A stretch of DNA of 64,000 bases from Planctomycetota bacterium (GTDB taxonomy: Bacteria; Planctomycetota; UBA11346), in contig JALHRW010000002.1 of the NCBI GenBank assembly GCA_022841245.1, positions 3,362 through 67,361 of the forward strand. The letters run 5' to 3'. The translations under genes were made by a program, and so were the position numbers. Below are positions 59,693-64,000 of this stretch, in pieces. Within the stretch, counting starts at the first letter, position 1. Every line of letters begins with the position of its first letter. The notes below the pieces were generated by a model. That model was given only the letters and a program-made list of their open reading frames with translations, did no database searches and was not told the origin of the DNA.

Positions 59693-61951
59693 ATGTGCTC
59701 CCCAACCACCCCGCAGCCAGGCGGCCGCATGCCCGATCCCGACCGCTTCCAGACCGCGCGCTCGACCCTGATGGTCGACCGCTTCATGACCTCGTTCATC
59801 AAGGTCGGAGGTCTGGCGATCATCGCCGCCGTATTCGGCATCTTCGTCTTCATCCTGATCGAGATCCTGCCGTTGTTCCGCCAGGCCTCGGTTGAGCCGA
59901 CGGGAGAGCGCCAGGGACCGCAGGCGCCGGCCGCGGTCATCGGTGTCGACGAATGGGGTGAACTCCCCTTCGTCCTGACCGAGGACGGCACCCTCCACTT
60001 CCTGCCCGCGACCGGCGCACCTAGCGCCTTCAAGCTGCCGCTGAACGATGGCGAGCGGATCAGCGCCACCGACTACAATCAGAAGGAGCAGTTCCTCTCG
60101 GTCGGCACCAGCACAGGACGCGTGCTGCAGGCGAGCCTCAACTACAAGAACGCCCCGATCGCCAACGCCAGCACCAATGCTGTCGTCGCCGCGCCAGAAA
60201 TCCTCGCCGAGCTCGCCATCGGCCAGTCCGGCAAAGCGATCACCGGCCTGGGCTTCGGCGAGGCAAGCGAAGCCAAGCTGCTGGCCGTGATCCAGGACGG
60301 CAAGGTCCATGCCACCGCCTTCAACGTCGCCCGCACCATGATGGGCAAGGGCGCGGTGGAGAAGCTGTGGGAGAAGGACATCACCGGCCTGCTGCCGGCC
60401 ACACCGACGCGTATCCTGGTCGACGACCGGGCTGAATCGATCGTTACGGCGGACGCCGAGGGCCGCGTCACCGCGCTCGCGGCCAGCAGCGACGATGTGA
60501 CGGTATTCCAACCCCCCTTCCAGCCGTTCGCCGACCTCGCCGACCGGCGCATCGCCTCGATCGACTTCCTCTTCGGTGACGTGTCGCTGGTGCTCACCGC
60601 GCCCAGCGGCGAGAACCGCATCTTCTCGCTGTTCATCGACCCGGTTTTGCAGAAGCGCCAGTACGGCAAGACCAAGGATCTGCCCAAGCTGCAGGCCGGC
60701 GCCACCGCCTACGTCAACAGCGTGCGCAACAAGTCCTTCCTCCTCGCCGACGGGCAGGAGGTGTCGCTGCGCTTCGCCACCTCGGCGACGGTGCGCTGGG
60801 AAGGCACCGTACCCTACCCGGTGCGCGACGCGGCGATCTCCGGCAAATACGACCGCATCTTCCTGCTCGACGAGCGCGGCACGATGCACGACTTCTCCCT
60901 CTCCGATCCGCACCCCGAGGCCGGCATCCAGGCCTTCTTCGGCAAGGTCTGGTACGAAGGCGGAGACTCGCCCGAATACAGCTGGCAGAGCAGCGGCGCC
61001 ACCGACGACTTCGAGCCGAAGCTCTCGCTCATCCCGCTGATCGTCGGCACGCTCAAGGGCACGCTCTATGCGATGCTCTTCGCCGTGCCCATCGCCCTGC
61101 TCGGCGCAGTCTACACCAGCGAGTTCATGCACCCACGCTTCAAGATCTGGGTCAAGCCGACCATCGAAGTGATGGCCTCGCTGCCGTCCGTCGTGCTCGG
61201 CTTCCTCGCCGCCCTGTGGCTGGCCCCGCTGATCGAGGAGCGCGTGCCGGCCGTGCTCGTCTGCATCATCGGCCTGCCCGCCGCCGCCCTGCTCTTCGGC
61301 TGGATGTGGAGCAGCCTGCCCGACCACATCCGCAGCCGCATCCGTCCCGGCTACGAGTTCATCGCCTTCGCGCCGGTCATGCTGGTGACACTGGTGGTGT
61401 GCTGGAACCTGGGCGGCCCGATCGAGCAACTGCTGTTCCGCGGCGACTTCCGCAGCTGGTGGCCGCAGGCGACCGGCGCCGCCTTCGAGCAGCGCAACTC
61501 GCTGGTGGTCGGCTTCATGATGGGCTTCGCCGTCATCCCCATCCTCTTCACCATCGTCGAAGACGCCCTGACCAACGTGCCGCAGGCGCTGCGCTCGGGC
61601 TCGCTTGCCCTCGGCGCCAGCCGCTGGCAGACCGCCATGCGCGTGGTCGTGCCGACAGCATCTGCCGGCATCCTCTCGGCGATCATGATCGGTCTCGGCC
61701 GTGCCGTGGGCGAGACCATGATCGTGGTCATGGCCACCGGCAACACGCCGGTGATGGACCTCAACATCTTCAACGGCATGCGCACCCTCTCGGCCAACAT
61801 CGCGGTAGAACTGCCCGAGGCGCCGCACGGCGGCACGCTCTACCGGGCGCTGTTCCTCGGCGCGATGCTCCTGTTCCTGATGACCTTCCTCGTCAACACC
61901 GCCGCGGAGGTGCTGCGCCAGCACCTCCGCGAGAAGTACAAGACGGTCTAA
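59693..61951 (+). CDS. pstC: phosphate ABC transporter permease PstC, long form with a large N-terminal extension
   Basis: ORF 59693..61951; an alternative ATG lies at 59729. The C-terminal third has the PstC core (LIPLIVGTLKGTLYAMLFAVPIALLGAVYTSEF ... ALGASRWQT ... VMATGN). Confidence 0.8.
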   Translation: MCSPTTPQPGGRMPDPDRFQTARSTLMVDRFMTSFIKVGGLAIIAAVFGIFVFILIEILPLFRQASVEPTGERQGPQAPAAVIGVDEWGELPFVLTEDGTLHFLPATGAPSAFKLPLNDGERISATDYNQKEQFLSVGTSTGRVLQASLNYKNAPIANASTNAVVAAPEILAELAIGQSGKAITGLGFGEASEAKLLAVIQDGKVHATAFNVARTMMGKGAVEKLWEKDITGLLPATPTRILVDDRAESIVTADAEGRVTALAASSDDVTVFQPPFQPFADLADRRIASIDFLFGDVSLVLTAPSGENRIFSLFIDPVLQKRQYGKTKDLPKLQAGATAYVNSVRNKSFLLADGQEVSLRFATSATVRWEGTVPYPVRDAAISGKYDRIFLLDERGTMHDFSLSDPHPEAGIQAFFGKVWYEGGDSPEYSWQSSGATDDFEPKLSLIPLIVGTLKGTLYAMLFAVPIALLGAVYTSEFMHPRFKIWVKPTIEVMASLPSVVLGFLAALWLAPLIEERVPAVLVCIIGLPAAALLFGWMWSSLPDHIRSRIRPGYEFIAFAPVMLVTLVVCWNLGGPIEQLLFRGDFRSWWPQATGAAFEQRNSLVVGFMMGFAVIPILFTIVEDALTNVPQALRSGSLALGASRWQTAMRVVVPTASAGILSAIMIGLGRAVGETMIVVMATGNTPVMDLNIFNGMRTLSANIAVELPEAPHGGTLYRALFLGAMLLFLMTFLVNTAAEVLRQHLREKYKTV

Positions 61952-61955
61952 CGCT

Positions 61956-63605
61956 ATGGCGAATCCCATGCCCCTGCTCAAGAGCAATGGCCGACCGGCC
62001 GGCGAGCCGATGGTCTGGCTGACCTCGATGGGCTTGGCCGTCGGCCTCGCCATGGTCGTCTTCCTGCTGTATACGATCATCGTCAACGGCGCATCGGTGT
62101 TCTGGCCCAAGCGCGTCCATGCCTGGACCATCGAAGTCGATGGCAAGCAGGAGGTGCTGTGGGGCGAACTCGCCCGGGTTCAGGACAAGCGTGTCGGCGT
62201 AGGCGAAGAGATGCAGATCTTCACCGGCAACCGCGACGCCTTCAACGCCAGCTTCCGCTTCGTCGACTTCGCTGCGGTGAAGTCGCAGGAGACCCCGGCC
62301 GGCATCATCGACATCGAACGCATGGAATATGGCGACGCCATCGGTCTGCCGGTGAAGCTGATGCTGGCCGACGGCACGACCCTGCCGGTCGAGGACCCGG
62401 CCTTCCGCGAGCGCCTGGCGGCGCTGGTCGCTGAAGTCAGCGCCCGCCGTGACGAGATCTCGCACCTTGAGAAGGGCCTGATCGGCGAGAACAGCCGTGA
62501 CATCTACCGCCAGGACATCCAGGTCCGGCGCGGGAAGCGCACCGGCGACACCGCCCTGGTCGCCAAGGCCGAAGCGGAGATCGCCCGGCTCAAGACGATC
62601 TTCGATGCACTCTCGGCCAAGGCCACCACTCTGCGCGATCAGCAGTCGGCCAACCGGCTGGTCATCCGCCTGTGCAACGGCAAGGAACGCCGCATCGTCC
62701 TCGGCCAGATCGCATCGTACTACTTCCCCAACGAACTGGACCTCGGCAGCCGGCTGAGCAAGACGGTGGCGAACGTGGGGGCGTTCCTGTTCGAGAATCC
62801 GCGCGAGGCCAATACCGAAGGCGGCATCTTCCCGGCCATCGTCGGCACCTTCGTCATGACCATGCTGATGAGCGTGGCGGTGACGCCCTTCGGCGTCCTC
62901 GCCGCCATCTACCTGCGCGAGTACGCGCGCCAGGGTCCATTCGTCCGCGCCGTGCGCATCGCCATCAACAACCTGGCTGGCGTTCCCTCGATCGTCTTCG
63001 GCGTCTTCGGACTCGGCTTCTTCGTCTACGGCGTCGGTGGGGCTCTCGACAACATGCTCTTCGAAGACCGCCTGCCCACGCCGACCTACGGCACCGGCGG
63101 CATCATCTGGGCCGCTGCAACCCTGGCCTTGATGACCGTGCCGGTGGTCATCGTCGCGACCGAGGAGAGCGTCGCAGCTGTGCCGCGCGGCGCCCGCGAG
63201 GGTTCGCTGGCCTTGGGCGCCTCGAAGTGGCAGACCATCCAACGCATCGTCCTGCCTGCAGCAGTACCGGGCATCCTCACCGGGCTGATCCTGGCGATGG
63301 CGCGCGGAGCCGGCGAAGTAGCCCCGCTCATGCTGGTGGGCGTGGTCAAGCTGGCGCCTGGTCTGCCCATCGACGGGACGTGGAACGACACCGACCTGCT
63401 GCCGTTCATGCACCTCGACCAGAAGTTCATGCACCTCGGTTTCCACATCTACGACCTCGGTTTCCAGAGTCCCGACTCGGACGCGGCCAAGCCGATGGTC
63501 TACGCCACCACCTTCTTCCTCATCTGCCTGGTCCTGGTGCTCAACCTGACCGCCATCCTCATGCGCGAGCGCCTGCGCAAGAAGTTCGCAACCGGAGCAT
63601 TCTAA
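61956..63605 (+). CDS. pstA: phosphate ABC transporter permease PstA, long form
   Basis: ORF 61956..63605. PstA core: [35 protein letters not shown] ... [27 protein letters not shown]. Confidence 0.8.
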   Translation: MANPMPLLKSNGRPAGEPMVWLTSMGLAVGLAMVVFLLYTIIVNGASVFWPKRVHAWTIEVDGKQEVLWGELARVQDKRVGVGEEMQIFTGNRDAFNASFRFVDFAAVKSQETPAGIIDIERMEYGDAIGLPVKLMLADGTTLPVEDPAFRERLAALVAEVSARRDEISHLEKGLIGENSRDIYRQDIQVRRGKRTGDTALVAKAEAEIARLKTIFDALSAKATTLRDQQSANRLVIRLCNGKERRIVLGQIASYYFPNELDLGSRLSKTVANVGAFLFENPREANTEGGIFPAIVGTFVMTMLMSVAVTPFGVLAAIYLREYARQGPFVRAVRIAINNLAGVPSIVFGVFGLGFFVYGVGGALDNMLFEDRLPTPTYGTGGIIWAAATLALMTVPVVIVATEESVAAVPRGAREGSLALGASKWQTIQRIVLPAAVPGILTGLILAMARGAGEVAPLMLVGVVKLAPGLPIDGTWNDTDLLPFMHLDQKFMHLGFHIYDLGFQSPDSDAAKPMVYATTFFLICLVLVLNLTAILMRERLRKKFATGAF

Positions 63606-63606
63606 A

Positions 63607-64000
63607 ATGTCCGCCTTCTCGCCAACCACCGCCTCGCCCTCGGCCGCTCTGCCCCAGCCGGTCACCGACCAGCCACCGTACAACGGCAACCCGGCCTACA
63701 TCAAGATCAGCAAGTTCGACTTCTTCTACGGCGCCAACCAGGCGTTGTTCGACATCAACATGGACATCCCGGAGCGCCAGGTGACGGCGTTCATCGGACC
63801 ATCCGGCTGCGGCAAATCGACGCTGCTGCGCAACATCAACCGCATGAACGACCTGGTCGATGGCGCCCACCACCGTGGCGACATCACCGTCGGTGGCCAG
63901 ACCATCTACAACCGCAACCTCGAGGTGACCAGCCTGCGCAAGCGCATCGGCATGGTCTTCCAGAAGTCGAATCCGTTCCCCAAGTCGATCTACGAGAACG
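63607..64000 (+). CDS. pstB: phosphate import ATP-binding protein PstB (5' part; runs off the window)
   Basis: Not in the ORF track because no stop lies in the window. My translation from ATG 63607 reads MSAFSP ... [51 protein letters not shown] ... [22 protein letters not shown]. It has the Walker A motif and PstB-specific motifs. Confidence 0.85.
   Translation, partial: MSAFSPTTASPSAALPQPVTDQPPYNGNPAYIKISKFDFFYGANQALFDINMDIPERQVTAFIGPSGCGKSTLLRNINRMNDLVDGAHHRGDITVGGQTIYNRNLEVTSLRKRIGMVFQKSNPFPKSIYEN

Noticed and set aside
59675-63689. ORFs 59675..62146 (-) of 823 aa and 61893..63689 (-) of 598 aa, opposite pstC and pstA
   Set aside because: The plus-strand products carry unmistakable PstC/PstA permease cores. 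The minus-strand products are low-complexity Arg/Gly/Asp-rich.
1-64000. Mobile elements, prophage, defence islands, rRNA/tRNA genes
   Set aside because: I found no transposase, integrase, recombinase, phage structural or restriction/defence-like translations in any frame. I also found no cloverleaf-like or rRNA-like segment in the few intergenic regions. Absence is based on reading the ORF track and the gaps by eye, not on covariance-model searches.

Overview
This is a strongly GC-rich, gene-dense bacterial chromosomal segment with about 45 protein genes and one gene fragment. I saw no rRNA, tRNA, CRISPR array, transposase or integrase by eye.

The GC bias fills the six-frame track with long antisense shadow ORFs and over-extended N-termini. 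I re-called starts using signal peptides, prepilin motifs, Shine-Dalgarno-like sequences and the very frequent ATGA/GTGA stop-start overlaps.

Layout, left to right:
1. A partial membrane protein (not in the ORF track), then an AraC regulator, D-serine ammonia-lyase and an alpha/beta hydrolase.
2. An 11.3-kb minus-strand operon (16274 -> 4921). It encodes a GspG-like pseudopilin, four more prepilin-type proteins (two unusually large), a 967-aa GspK-like giant, a transglutaminase-like protein and a Hanks-type Ser/Thr kinase with an extracytoplasmic domain. No secretin, ATPase, platform or prepilin peptidase gene is in the window.
3. A divergent Gfo/Idh/MocA oxidoreductase plus a GntR-HTH/LacI-type hybrid regulator.
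4. A plus-strand operon: jelly-roll lyase-like protein, unknown protein, PIG-L deacetylase and a heparinase II/III-like lyase.
5. A roughly 24-kb co-directional minus-strand train of 16 genes (47514 -> 23519). It holds a NodB-like deacetylase, GH20, alanine dehydrogenase, a PA14/FN3 protein, four tandem Ig + beta-helix paralogs, GH130, GH4, an MFS transporter, an 879-aa secreted protein, a phosphotriesterase-family protein and more beta-helix and jelly-roll proteins.
6. A GlpD-like flavoprotein, then a second beta-helix operon (54724 -> 48912) ending in a second transglutaminase-like paralog.
7. A decayed region with a Clp-type AAA+ fragment and two inverted 63-bp heptanucleotide arrays, followed by a TPR + RNA polymerase alpha-CTD protein.
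8. A PBP4-like dacB and pstSCAB (pstB runs off the window).

The signals I rate highest:
- A 19-nt element, GGTGCACC-N6-GC(A/T)CC, sits at the 5' end of nearly every transcription unit of the glycan and pseudopilin loci.
- The orphan pseudopilin / transglutaminase-like / kinase operon.
- Eight paralogous secreted beta-helix proteins of unassigned family.

The gene content suggests a PVC-group organism (Planctomycetota/Verrucomicrobiota-like). That is inference only.
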